Source: the human T2T-CHM13v2.0 reference genome, Homo sapiens. From it: a DNA stretch of 64,000 nt. The DNA lies in NCBI RefSeq assembly GCF_009914755.1, contig NC_060938.1. One strand, 5' to 3'. Of the stretch, positions 1 through 13,338 are shown in pieces (the stretch's first letter is position 1; each line of letters starts with the position of its first letter). The notes beneath the pieces were generated by a model. The model did no database searches, was not told the DNA's origin, and saw only the letters and a list, made by a program, of their open reading frames with translations. The position numbers and the translations under genes are program-made.

Positions 1-111
1 CGGGGTTTCACCATGTGGCCCAGGCTGGTCTCGAACTCCTGAGCTCAGGCAATCTGCCGCCCTCAGCCTCCCAAAGTCCTAAGATCACAGGCGTGAACCA
101 CCGCACCTGGC
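1..111 (-). mobile_element. Alu (partial, window edge)
   Basis: Reverse-complement Alu left-arm consensus. Confidence 0.9.
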
Positions 112-1736
112 TGACATGCTACATTTTTATGCATTTTCTTGTTTACTTGTATTTTTTTGCCCCTTATTTTATGGAGTTCCCGTCTTCTCACTTCCCTGCT
201 AGAGTACAAGGGAATCTAGAGCAGTGTCTGACATATAATGAAAATTTGCTGAGTGAACTAAAGAATCTGACAGTGTGGCTTGCTGGACACAATGTGAACT
301 TGATGCTGCACTTCTGCAACTGAATATTTGAGTGACCTTGGAGAGGTTATTTAACAACTTTGAGCTTCAACGTCCTCGTTAAAAAAAATAAGGCTAAAAA
401 TCCTGACTTCACATGGTTGCAGTGAGAATTAGATATTGGATAGAAAGAGCATGGCATGTAGTAAGTACTCAGTAAATGGATGGTTACTGCTATTGTTATG
501 GCCATTGTTGATAATAATAACAATAGTTAATAATATTATAGACATTATGGGCTGAGTGGGATGAAGTGACTTAACTAGCATAACAAAGTTGGGATGGCAG
601 AAATGGAACCAGAATGCAGATCTTCGGCCCCCCAGGACTGTGCCCAGTTCTACGCCTTAGTTGCTGAGGCCAAACACAGAGCTCTGACCAGGAGAAGGGA
701 CGGATGCCTGGCAGTTTATAGGCAGACCTAGGGAAGCCCATTGATATAGCCATCCTTACATGTGGGTCCAGGTATGCCAAGTGTCCGGTCCTGGCCCTGA
801 ACCACATCTGGACGTCACTTGGTGCACACAGGCTGGCCAGAGGTGGGCTTTAGTCCTGCTTCCTCCACTCTGCCCTTTGCTAGTTACTGGGAGGGTCCTG
901 ACCAGCTATGCCACGTGAGAGCCCCCAGGCCTGGTTGGAGATCATGAGTGTCCTTAGAGCCAGCTGAGGAGTGGGAAGAGACTATAGGGTTAATATGAAG
1001 GAAAGTACGAAATCAAAAGAGATTATGTGAGATTCAGCCAGCTGTCAAGGTGGGTCCTTACCATAAATGGCAACTGGTGAGCGGAGATCAGAGTGGTAAC
1101 TTTTGAGGTCCCCTTCTGGGCAGCAGGATGGCCACTGCTCTCCCGACACCACTGGGGACCACAGTCATCCACAAAAGCTGGTTCAGCTCCACCACCGCTG
1201 TCAAAAGGAGGCATGGCTCAAGAGGGCCAGTGAGAGCCTGTACAAGGAGACCAACTGGGTCAAGAGGGAGGTTGGGGCCAGCCCAAGAGGTGTCAGCTGG
1301 AGCAGCCTGTGGTTTGGTTGGTGGCTGGTTTTCCGACCTCTCAGGTGCACAGAGCTGGCTGACGAGCAGATGTGTTTTTCCTTAGCTCATGTCTGTCTGG
1401 GGCTTTCTAGACAGAGCCTGGAAATGATGCCACTGTTTGGTTGTTTTCCTTCTACTTATGTTCTTGGTGTTCCTTCAAGCTTTTTCCACTGCTCTTCCTG
1501 GAATGGGCCACGGGGATCATGTGTATATGTGTGTGTGTGCATGTGCACGTACACACGTAGAGTGGGCAGTCAGGAACCTGTGCAAGGAGTGGGAGCACTC
1601 CATTTGAGCAGGCCCAGGAGCCCCGACCCCAACATGTACCTCCAGTGAGACACCAAAGGGAAGGGAAGCCAGCCCCTTCCCACCCTCACTTGCCAAGGAA
1701 CCCCTTCCTCCTCCTGACGGCTACTATTTCCTGCAG

Positions 1737-1863
1737 AGCTCTCCTTCAGGGTGTGGATGTGTGGTGGCAGTCTGGAGATCGTCCCCTGCAGCCGGGTGGG
1801 CCATGTCTTCAGGAAACGGCACCCCTACAACTTCCCTGAGGGTAATGCCCTCACCTACATCAG
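1737..1863 (+). CDS. GALNT16: Polypeptide N-acetylgalactosaminyltransferase 16, internal coding exon (catalytic domain)
   Basis: cag|AG...ATCAG|gtaggt, 127 nt; encodes (E)[41 protein letters not shown](R), with the GalNAc-[10 protein letters not shown] motif; phase matches next exon. Confidence 0.97.
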
Positions 1864-2612
1864 GTAGGTCACCGAGAAAGGAGCACGGGACTCAGAGGAG
1901 GACACCAAGGCCCAAGCCCCCAGCCTTGCCAGTTATCACTATGTGACTGTGGGCAGCCACCTCACTTCTTGGGCCTCAGTTTCCCCATTTGCCCCCTCTG
2001 GTAACATCCTGGGATTGCAGGTACCTTCAGGGGTGGAGGGAGTTGCCACCAGGTCTCTCTTGCCTTGAGACTCATATGGACTTCCTTTGTCCATATGAGT
2101 CTCGGAAAATTGGCCAAATCCCCAACTAAGCCATGCTCTCCACTCATGGAGCCCCGAGTGCTGGTCATGGATGCCTGTGCCCCAACCCTGACTTGATCAA
2201 CCATCTGTCCATCCCTATCCCCAGCTACAGGGTGCACTAGTCTCAAGGGAGAGTGGGTAATGTCCTAGAAGACCACTCCACGGTCTGCTCTCCTGAGGAG
2301 GTTGGCAGGGGAGGATGAGGGACTTGTCATGAGCACCCTCGTACATGTGGATGGTTCTTCACCTTGTCGAGCTCATGCTTATTCGTACAGCGTTTGGAGC
2401 AGCAGCTGCCCAAGTCTAGCTGCTTACCTACAAAGTCGATGGGTATTGACAGACTGTCTTCCAAAAGGACCGTGCTAATCTATACCATCCAAGTATCACC
2501 TTGCTCCTGAGATTCTCATCGTCCTGTATTCATGGATCGATTAATCTTGATCCTGACCGCTAACCCTGTTGCTTCCCTGGTGACCTTATTTTGCTCTTTC
2601 CTCTCCTTTTAG

Positions 2613-2705
2613 GAATACTAAGCGCACTGCAGAAGTGTGGATGGATGAATACAAGCAATACTACTATGAGGCCCGGCCCTCGGCCATCGGGAAGGCCTTC
2701 GGCAG
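2613..2705 (+). CDS. GALNT16: GALNT16 internal coding exon
   Basis: Polypyrimidine tract + tag|G...GGCAG|gtgggc, 93 nt; [30 protein letters not shown](S), conserved AEVWMDE motif. Confidence 0.97.
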
Positions 2706-3316
2706 GTGGGCCCCCCCAGCTCCACTGTCTGACTCCCTCTACCCACATTAGCACAACCCCAGCAAAATACGAAGTGGTATGTACGCCAGGGAACCACCCG
2801 CCACCTCCCCAGCCACTGAGGTCCCACTCTAATGGGCTTCTTTGGGTCCTGGGAGGGAATGCAACCGCAGAGACAAGACCTTAGGCTTTGAGGAGCGTGA
2901 AATCTCATGGGAGAGAAGGCTCGCTTATGAAAAAGAGCTGCCTGTCCACAGCTGCCTGCAGAAGAACAGGCATCTGTGGAACTGCTTAGGAGGGGGCTGC
3001 CTGCAGAAAGCATTTGGGGTTCTGCCTCCACTCCCTGTTCAAAATTGAGATCTGTTAGCCTATTTTCCTGTCATGGACTGTTAGGACTATGGTCTAGTTA
3101 AGCATTTTCAAAATGCAGATGGGTTGTGAAATCAATTTAGTGGGTCGTGACCAGCATTTAAAAAGAGAGAGAGAGAAGTAGAACCCTATAGATTAGATTA
3201 GTACAGAGCAGGATAGAAAATAAGAGTTGATTGCAGTTAAGGGTTAGTATTGTCCTTATGAAACTCTTATTTCCGTTGTGGGTGCATGTGTGTGCATGCA
3301 TGTACCTACACATGTA

Positions 3317-3951
3317 CAGTTGCCCCTCTGCATCTGCAGGGGATTTGTTCCAGGACCCCCCACGGATACCAGAATCCACACAGATGCTCAAGTCCCTGAT
3401 ATAAAATAGTGTAGTATTTGCATACCCTATGCACAACCTCCTGAATATTTTAAATCATCTCTAGATTACTTATAATACCTAATACAATGCCTACACATCA
3501 CGTCATTTGCATGGATTCAATGTGGTACTCGATGCGTGGCGAATTCAAGTTTGGCTTTGGAACCTTGTGGAATTTTTTTTTTTTTTCTAGATGGAGTCTC
3601 ATTCTGTCACCCAGGCTGGAGTGCAGTGGCACAATCTAGGCTCACTGCAACCTCCATCTCCTGGGTTCAAGCGATTCTCCTGCCTCATCCTCTAGAGTAG
3701 CTGGGATTACAGGCACGTGCCACCATGCCCAGCTGATTTTTTGTGTTTTTAATAGAGATGGGGTTTCACCATGTCAGCCAGGCTGGTCTCGAACTCCTGA
3801 TCTCAAGCGATCTGCATATCTTGGCCTCCCAAAGTACTGAGATTACAGGCATGAGCCACTGCACCTGGCCTGAAATTTTTTCCTAAGTATTTTTGATCCA
3901 AGGTTGGTTGAATCCATGGATGCAGAACCCACAGATACTGAGGGCTGACTG
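3317..3951. mobile_element. Tigger-type (MER2-like) DNA transposon, interrupted by an Alu
   Basis: Imperfect TIRs CAGTTGCCCCTC.../...GAGGGCTGACTG flanked by TA at 3315-3316 and 3952-3953. Confidence 0.8.
3573..3870 (-). mobile_element. Alu (S-like)
   Basis: Poly-T + full dimeric consensus. Confidence 0.93.
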
Positions 3952-4764
3952 TACATGGGGCGTATTATATTACAATGTAAGATAGTTATCTCCTACTTAA
4001 GCTTGTGGTCAGAAAAGTTTGAAAACACTATTAATGATGATCAATGAATCTTCTCCCTATTTATTCATATCTATCTCCCTTTTTTTGAAAAAATAAGTTA
4101 TGTCACTAAATATTTCTTGTAATGAGGAACTAACATTTACTTAGCACCTGCCCTGTGCTAAGTGCTTCACACTTAATTCACTTGATTCTCACAAAAGCCT
4201 TCTGAGATGAGTGGTCGTGTCCCCAGTTGAATGTAGAGGAAACTGAGGCTCAGATAGCTGGTGACGAGGGCCGTCAACCAGTGGCCATTGTGGTGGGTGT
4301 ACCTGAGGAAGGTGAGGATGGCGGTGTCCCAAGGACACATCTAATGGTTTTATTTGCCAACACATCTAAAGATGTTTAAAGCTTGCTCTTCCTGCTGTTA
4401 GACCTTCCTCCTGTACTTCTCATTAATTCTGCAAAGATAAAGACCAGTTCATGGTCTGCTAACAGAGGTCTTAAGGAGTGAGAAGCCGAGAGAAAGGCAT
4501 GGTCCCGTATGGTCTGTGCTCACCCTGAAAGGTGAGCTCCAGGCAGGAATTTGATGAGTGAGGCATAGCCAGGAGACCTGCCTTGAGCTTGCAAGTCAGA
4601 GAATAACATCAGATAAGTGGCCAGGGCTGGACATGGCAGGCTGGAAGTCTCCTGGTCCTTGCCTGCCTGAGATAGTTGGGGCTGGGGGACAGGCCTCTGG
4701 CATCCTCCCTCGGGCTGCCTTCCACACTGGCAGGCCAAAGCCCAAGCCCTGCCTCCTCCTACAG

Positions 4765-4848
4765 TGTGGCTACGCGGATAGAGCAGAGGAAGAAGATGAA
4801 CTGCAAGTCCTTCCGCTGGTACCTGGAGAACGTCTACCCAGAGCTCAC
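4765..4848 (+). CDS. GALNT16: GALNT16 internal coding exon (end of catalytic domain)
   Basis: cag|T...CTCAC|gtgagt, 84 nt; [27 protein letters not shown](T), [14 protein letters not shown] motif. Confidence 0.97.
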
Positions 4849-5179
4849 GTGAGTGCAGCCCTCATCTTGTGCATCCCCCAGGCGGGTAGGGGGTGGTTGG
4901 GGCCAGCGGCTTTGGTCCCACCCCACCCTTAGATCTCCTCAACACTGGTGATCTGGCTTTCTAGCTGCCGGGTTTTATCTTCACGTGACGGCTCTGGGGG
5001 AACTGAGAGGGCATTACTAGGGGTTATAAATTAGGTGTGGTGGGAACCGAATTTTTAATGGTTTCAGATCTAGATATGGACGTTATCCCCTTAGGAAACA
5101 ACACTGCATTACATAGCAAAGGCTGCAGAGACATTCGTCCCCTTTAGCCCTGTTCTCTCCCTTCTGGGAGTTTATCCTA

Positions 5180-5499
<320 letters not shown>

Positions 5500-5500
<1 letters not shown>

Positions 5501-5650
5501 AGAGGGAAGATGAGGGGAGGTGAGGGGAGGGAGGGAGGGAAGGTGGAAGAAGGAAGGAAGGGAGGAAGGCAGGGAGGGAGGGAGGGAGGGAGGGAGGGAG
5601 GGAGGGAGGGAGGGAGGAAGGGGAGAGGGAGAGGAAAAGAAAAGGAGAGA
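5500..5650 (+). repeat. Polypurine (GGGA/GGAA)n simple repeat
   Basis: Direct reading; runs of GGGA follow the Alu tail. Confidence 0.92.
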
Positions 5651-6289
5651 ATCAACAATAGGGGTTGGCTTCAGTGAATCACTATACATAGATCTAAACA
5701 AATATTATGCACCCATTAATATTATAATCATAGAAACTGTGAAGAAAACACAGGGAAATGTTTGCTCTGGCAAATGAGAAAACAAAATGCAAATGATGTG
5801 TGCACTCGAGCTGTAGTTACCTGGGAATATGTGTGCGTTCTCACAGGACAGTGGGCAATAAGCTACGATGGCCTTTTCAGTGTCTCAGTTACATCCACGT
5901 GGTTCATTTCCTCACCTTCCTCAGGCCTTGACTCAAACGTCCCCTTCCCAGGGAGACTTTCCCTGAACACTCTGAGTTTGCAGCTCCGCCTCCCTCCCCA
6001 GCATCATCTCCTCCATGTTCCTTGTAGCCGTTATTATCATCGGCATTATCTGGCCAATTAATTTTGTTGTATCTCCCTGAACTTGCCTGTAAGTTCTATG
6101 AGGGTGGAGGCTTTGATCTGTTTGTTCACTGCTTTATCTCCAGCACCTGGAACAGTGCCTGTCATAAAATGGGCACTCAGTAAATATTTTTAATGGAACA
6201 AGTTGCACAGTCCGTACGCCTCAATCATGTCTAAAAGCCGCATGCGCCCTCTATAGCTGTCACCTTGGGGAACACGTGTCCCACCGCTG

Positions 6290-6760
6290 CCAGCTTTCTC
6301 TCAAGGATGCTGCCATGGCTTTCCAGAACACTCCACCCCTCAGAGCTTGCATATCCTTGAAAGAGGCAAATCTTTGTCCTTTGAGGACAGGTTTGATTTT
6401 TGGCCAACAGCCACCATTAAGTTGTAGCCAAGTGCAATGAATAAGCTAGAGATGATTAACCCAGATAATTATAATCCCAGGTCCCAAATACAGCATGACT
6501 CTAAATGAACAAGATTAAACTGACTCTAGGAGCAATTTCCAAGAAGTTCCAGAACAATGTGAGCACTGGCAGTGTCACTGGAAGAAAGTCAGTGGCCTAG
6601 ATAACCCCAGCTCCCTGGACACTAGCTGTGATGGGAAGAACATTAATTTATGAAAATGCAACTTCCTGAAGTGGTCACTTCTAGGGGACAGTGTTCATTC
6701 AGATGCATCATTTCTGAGACCCTGAAGAAAAAAGAGCAGTCACTTCTTTACACTGTGTCA
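6290..6760. mobile_element. Old mariner-type (MARNA-like) DNA transposon remnant
   Basis: Recalled consensus-like segments GGCAAATCTTTGTCCTTTGAG...GATTTTTGG and GAGCACTGGCAG...GGGGACAGTGTTCATT. Confidence 0.5.
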
Positions 6761-8023
6761 GCGTTCATACAACATTTGGGTGAAGCCCACTAGTTCCAGC
6801 CCTAGGGCAGGAGCTGGGCAGCCTGTGGGAAGAGTGGGGGAGGCCTGGGAATGCCCTTCCTCTCCAACCTCAGTGCCCTGCCACAGGGTCTGATGACACC
6901 CCCAAGGACCAAGGGGAAGAAGTGTCTCATAACTATCAGAAACCTGGCTCGATCACAAGGCAGGAGAGTAGATGAACCAGCTACGTCGATGAGGAGCAGA
7001 AGTCCTCTTCTGTTTGTTCTGCCACTGTGTGAAAGTTAAAATAATTTTTTGTTGCTAAGATGGAAACCCCAGACCTCATTCCTGTCTGGATTACTCACCC
7101 CCAGTTCCTAGGCTGAGGGGCCAGGAGTGGATCAATTTGCTGATTAGAAAGGGGACCCATAGGCCTGAGTGATACCAACTTTCCTCCAAACAGGGGGTCC
7201 CTAAATAGTTGCCTACACTTGCAAACAGTCAGTGGGGAGACCGAGGAGGCTGAAAGAAGAGGCTTTTGCTTTCCTAGGCCTGCCGTGGCTCTGCCCCTTC
7301 TCCAGGTTAGAGCTCTGCAGCTGGCCTCAGGAACTGCTAATTTATTACTTGCATTAGGACTATCAAGAACAGTTGTTCAGGCTGTGCGTTGCACAAGCAC
7401 ACCATGTTTGTGAGGGTGCTAGTTGCATAGTAGACATTGCACATTCATGACACTAATTCCAAGCAAATGGCAGTAAGCATTCTTCTAACAAAACCAGTAT
7501 GTCAGTTTTCTAACAGAAAGAAGTAGTGTCTTGGGGAATGGATCTAATGGCAGCCTGTGTACATAGAAGAGACCCATAGAGAAGGAAGTGGATGCAGAGT
7601 TTAGAGGGCTGCTGACAAACAGGACAGCTTAGCCTGGCACTGCTGGGGAGCTGGGGAAGGATGGTGACGACTGCTATTCCAGCTGCTCCAGGACTGCTAC
7701 CACGATGACAGCTTAGGAGCTGCATCTGATCTTGAGATTGCTCCCAAGCCTAGGGTTTCTTCCGTAAGCATCACTGGGCATTGCCACTCTTGGTCAGTAT
7801 CCACCTCACCTCTGAAAGCTGATCAGCTTGCACAACACCCTAAGCAACAAGGGAGTAGCAGGGTCTGGAACAACCCCTGGCCCTCGTGCTGTATTCCCCC
7901 TGTGCAGTTATCAAAGAGGCCTCAGTACCCATCTTGTCTCTATAGAGAAGGGAAATGTAACACATTGCTCCTGGATGAGGCTGAGAGTGTGGAGCTCCTG
8001 CCCTCCAACATGCTTGCACATGG

Positions 8024-8382
8024 CAGGGGTTGCAAACTCAAATTCTTACAGTGGTCAGGCAGGTGATGTCAATAAGTCAAATGGGTAAGGATGAGACAAT
8101 AGAGAGTTGTGGGGACTGGGGCAAAGTGCGATGCAGAAGCCCCACTCAGAGGGGGCAGCTGCTACTCACTGCAGTGGATTAGTACCATTCTGGAATGCAA
8201 GCTCATTGTGGCCTGATCTTCCAATTTTTAAGAGAAGCTAGATTCAGATTTGAAGGTTTCTATGTAACCTTAAAATCATTCAATATTGCCAACTAATTAA
8301 AAGCAACAACCACCACGCTATGCAGGTCAGACCATGTCCAGGGTCCAGATTCAGCTTGGCAGCCAGCAGTTTGCCACCTCTG
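8024..8382. mobile_element. hAT-Charlie-type non-autonomous DNA transposon
   Basis: TIRs CAGGGGTTGCAAAC / GTTTGCCACCTCTG (12/14 complementary). Confidence 0.65.
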
Positions 8383-8800
8383 CTAGAGAGTTGCAATGCC
8401 TCCCAAAGGGAGTCTGGAGAGGCACAGGCTGCTGCCAGGGGTGTGGGAGAGGAATTGAAAGGGTCTCTCTGAGCCTCCTGTGAGCAGATCAGTTCTGGAA
8501 CTTTGCGGCTTCTAGCCACCCCTGAGGAAGGAAGACCTGGTTTGGTCTAGATCCTGCAGATGTCCACATCAAAGAATGCCAAACATCTTATAATGGCCCA
8601 ACCCCCCAGGCCCAGATTGTTTCACTGACAGAGGTAACAGGAGGCAGAGAAGGCACACACACTGTAATCCCTCCTGCTCCCCTGTAACTCCCAGGCCTGG
8701 TGACTCCTTAATCCAAGAACGAACATAACCTGAACTCAGGTATGCAAGCCTGCAGCAGCTGGGGCCGGCAGCTTCCTCAGGTTTATTACCCATAAGGTGT

Positions 8801-8802
<2 letters not shown>

Positions 8803-8850
<48 letters not shown>
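8803..8850. repeat. (GT)n microsatellite
   Basis: About 24 uninterrupted GT units. Confidence 0.97.
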
Positions 8851-8851
<1 letters not shown>

Positions 8852-8947
8852 TGTATGTGTGTATAAGCATATTTTCCTGGGCATATAAAGTGTTTTAATA
8901 ATATAATATTTTAAAACTTGCCTGTTTTACTTAATAGTGTGCTGTGA

Positions 8948-9307
<360 letters not shown>

Positions 9308-10152
9308 TAAGTCATTTTTAATGGCTACAGGGTTTTCTATCGTATGGATGAATCCGAATTTATTTAGCCCAGCTCCTGTTGTTAGATATCTAGAAATTTC
9401 TGGTGTTTTCAATATAATCAACCACTCTGAGATGAATGTCTTTTACAACATTTATAATTATTTTTGTAGGATATGTTCCTACAAGGGGCAATATTGGTCA
9501 AAGATGTGTGCATTTTTAAGGGCTTTGAGACACAATAGCACACTGCCCTCCTGAGAAGCTGTGCTAATCTATGCTCTCACCAGGAAGGTGTGAGAAGATT
9601 CAGTCCCACAGCTGTTGCCGACACTGGGCATTGTCATTAAATTAAGTGTGTGTGTGTACAAATGTACATACATGGTAAATAAACATTGGTGACTCTGATA
9701 CGTAGTTCTTTAATCATTACTGAGATTAAACACATTTTCATATTTGTGTTTAATTTGCCTCTTCAGAGCGCTCCCTTCCCTGTCATTTTGGGATTGATTA
9801 TTGAGCATGCATTTTGGCCCCAGGCTCTCCTGAGGCTTTCCTCTTTCTGGACTGAGGGGCTCTGTTTTTCCAGCCTGAGCTCCGCCCATGGCTCCCCCAT
9901 CCTCTATGTCTCAGGCCCAGCCTCCAGGGCAGAGGGTCCCAGAGCCACTTGGAAGAACCCCTGGGGCCGAGGCCCAGTCTTCCCAGAGGCCACTCCTGCT
10001 CCTCACCTCCCCCTGCTGGCCAGGCTGCTCCCGGGCCCCTTCCCACGGAGACCTCGGCGCTCCCAGAGCTGATAGGATGCTGACGTCTGGCAGAGGGTGT
10101 AGGTAAGCCTTGGGGGGGAAAGCACAAGCCTGACTGCTGCCTTTTCTCTCAG

Positions 10153-10294
10153 GGTCCCCGTGAAGGAAGCACTCCCCGGCATCATTAAGCAGGGGGTGAA
10201 CTGCTTAGAATCTCAGGGCCAGAACACAGCTGGTGACTTCCTGCTTGGAATGGGGATCTGCAGAGGGTCTGCCAAGAACCCGCAGCCCGCCCAG
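10153..10294 (+). CDS. GALNT16: GALNT16 exon: linker + ricin-B lectin alpha repeat
   Basis: cag|G...CAG|gtaagg, 142 nt; VPVKEALPGIIKQGVNCLESQGQNTAGDFLLGMGICRGSAKNPQPAQ. Confidence 0.96.
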
Positions 10295-10989
10295 GTAAGG
10301 ACCTCGGGTAGGAATGGGAGTGGGAGAGAGCTGGAGGCATTGTCCAGGAGTGGGGTGAGGGACTTCCCCCTACTCATTCTCCTCCTCTGTCTACATCTTA
10401 CACAAACCCACTTTGCCAGGGGCCCCTAGACCCTGCTCCTACACATTCATATCCCCTTTCCAGCCTGTCACTTGGGTATCCTGTGTGCACCACCTGCTTT
10501 GTTCTTGCCGAGGGAGAAGAGCTGCCCAGATAGTGCCCAGTTGTCTCCTGAGATCCAGCTGGGGTCGGCTCATGTGACAGGCAATGTCCAAGACTCCTGT
10601 GCGCACATGGGTGCAACATATGAGTGTTGCACCCACATCGAAACTAAAGCAGGTCATGGAGACTCCAGTGAGGACCAGCTCTCAGCTGCCTTGGTTCCAT
10701 GTCTTGTCATTCTCTCTCATCCCCCACAGTCTCTTGGCACAGCCCTGACTGCCCTCTGGCCAGCTCCAGCTAAGCTCCCCCACCCCAGCATTTTATTACC
10801 AAAAAATTCAAACATATAGAAAAATAGTAAGAATTATGCAGTGAATACCCATACATCTACCCTAGCTCCTACAATTATTTGTAGAAATCTTACAAAAATA
10901 TGCCGTGTTTTTGCTTTATCCCCTATCTACCCATCTCTCCACCCATCGCTGTACTTTTTGACTTGGCCTTTCTGCTCCCTGCCTTGCAG

Positions 10990-11115
10990 GCATGGCTGTT
11001 CAGTGACCACCTCATCCAGCAGCAGGGGAAGTGCCTGGCTGCCACCTCCACCTTAATGTCCTCCCCTGGATCCCCAGTCATACTGCAGATGTGCAACCCT
11101 AGAGAAGGCAAGCAG
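10990..11115 (+). CDS. GALNT16: GALNT16 exon: lectin beta repeat
   Basis: cag|GCA...CAG|gtgagt, 126 nt, phase 0/0; AWLFSDHLIQQQGKCLAATSTLMSSPGSPVILQMCNPREGKQ. Confidence 0.96.
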
Positions 11116-13044
11116 GTGAGTCTCCTTGCCTCTGGCCCAGAGGCCCAGCAGCCCGAGGGGCCATGCCTCAGGGTGGCAGACCTTGGCAGGAGAGCCCCTG
11201 ATTGACTCAAATAAGCCCTTCAGAGCGAGGATCTGTGGGGAGGGGGAGCAAAGTCTACATCTAGGTCAAGCCAATTATTCTGCCCATGAGGAAATACTTC
11301 TTTGGGTAATTATTTGTTTAATGCCATCCTGCCAGGCTGTGAGCTCCATGAAGGCAGGGACCACTTGTCTTGTTAACACTGTATCCCTAGCTCCTGACAA
11401 CCACCACAGTTCAAATAAGTGTTAGCTTTTACTGACAGTCTGTGCTAGAAGTTTGAAATAGATCATCTCATCTAATCCTCCCAGCCACCCAGTGACGTGG
11501 GTTCTAGTACTACCTCCATTTTATAAGTGAGTAAGCTGAGGCTCGCTGAATCTAAAGAATATATGTCAGATCACACAGCTGAGAAGGGGTGGAGCTGGGA
11601 TTCAAACCCAGGTCAGTGACTTCTAGGCCCACAGTCTTAACCCAGCACATAGTAGATGTTCAATAAGTATTTCTTGACTGTTGGCAGACTAGGGAAACTG
11701 AGCTCCAGACACAGTGATGTCCAAGCTGGCATGACCAGCCTCACGTGAGCACTGCTTTTTCCATTGATCCGACACTCTCACCCACACTGTCACCACTAAT
11801 CCTGGGAGACAGGTCAGGGTCAAGGAAGAAAGTGATGCACAGAGAGGTGGAGTCACTTGCTCAGGGTACACAGCAACCAGTGACAGTGGATTTCCAGAAT
11901 CCAGCCAGCTCTCTTCTGTGCTACTCCCTTCCTGTCTTGGAGGGCTCCCTCACCACCCAGGGAATGGGACCCAAGGCCCAGAGGCTGCTCCAGCACTTCC
12001 CCTGCTCACCCTCCTCAGAAGCCCTCCCTGTGCCTGCCACTGGCTAGCCTGCCTCAGTCGGTGCAAGCAGTGAGGAGGGTGCCTGGGTCTCTGATTTGGC
12101 CTGCATGGTTTTCCTCCTACCCCTTTTTCTTTGCTTGGGTCAGCACGTTTTTTAAAGGATGAACAGCAGTTTGCTGTGCCATTCTGGAAAGCAGCCACAG
12201 CCTCTCCCTCCGGCCTGTGTGTGTCTGAGGGATCTGTGTGCCCAGCCCACTTGCTGGACCTGTGGGACACTTTAAGCGCTTTTGGATGGTGGGGGGATGC
12301 AGCCCACCCTCGGCCCTGCCCTGCAGTGGGGCTGGTGCAGTGTCTCCTGCACCTAGAGCACCCACCTCTCTGAGGGCAAATCCTTGAGCCCACGCCCACC
12401 CCCTCCCACTGAGGAATTATCTCCGAGCAAAGCCTCCACTCAATTGCCCCTCTGGGGCTGAATCACACATTTCCCCCTTTGTGCTGACCCAGCCTACGGG
12501 GTGTGTAGGTATCTCCTTGGCCCCATTCATTCTGCCCCTGCAAGTCCTGCCAGGCTCCCGATGGCATTCTGGGTGCCTGTGCCCCTCTTCTCCCAGGAGG
12601 ACAGGATGAGCCAGCTATCCCACTGCCAATGCCTTCTGGAATCCGGGCCGTCCTTCTTGGTCCCCTGCTGGTCCTATTTCCAAGGCTAGCTGGGTTTCCT
12701 GTATCCGAGAGGCTCCTGTGCCTCAGACCTGGTGTGATGAAGTCAGCAGGCCCCAGCTCAGTCTTCCCTCCCCCTCCCTTCACTCAGTCTCCTCACTTAT
12801 AAAATAAGGGGCTCCCTCCCCTGCTTACCTCACAAGGAATCCGCAAGAACCAAGATGTGGAGATGGGACAGTGGGTGATGTGACATTGTTTCTCAGACAA
12901 GCCCAGAATTGAGTGGCCTGGAGAGTCAAGAAGCCCTGAGATTGTGCCTAATAGCACTGATAAGAAGTGAGAATCCCGCTGTTTGGGGAGCACTTCCTAA
13001 TGATTGGGTGATTCAGTCATTTGTTCATCTTAAAACAAAATGAC

Positions 13045-13338
<294 letters not shown>

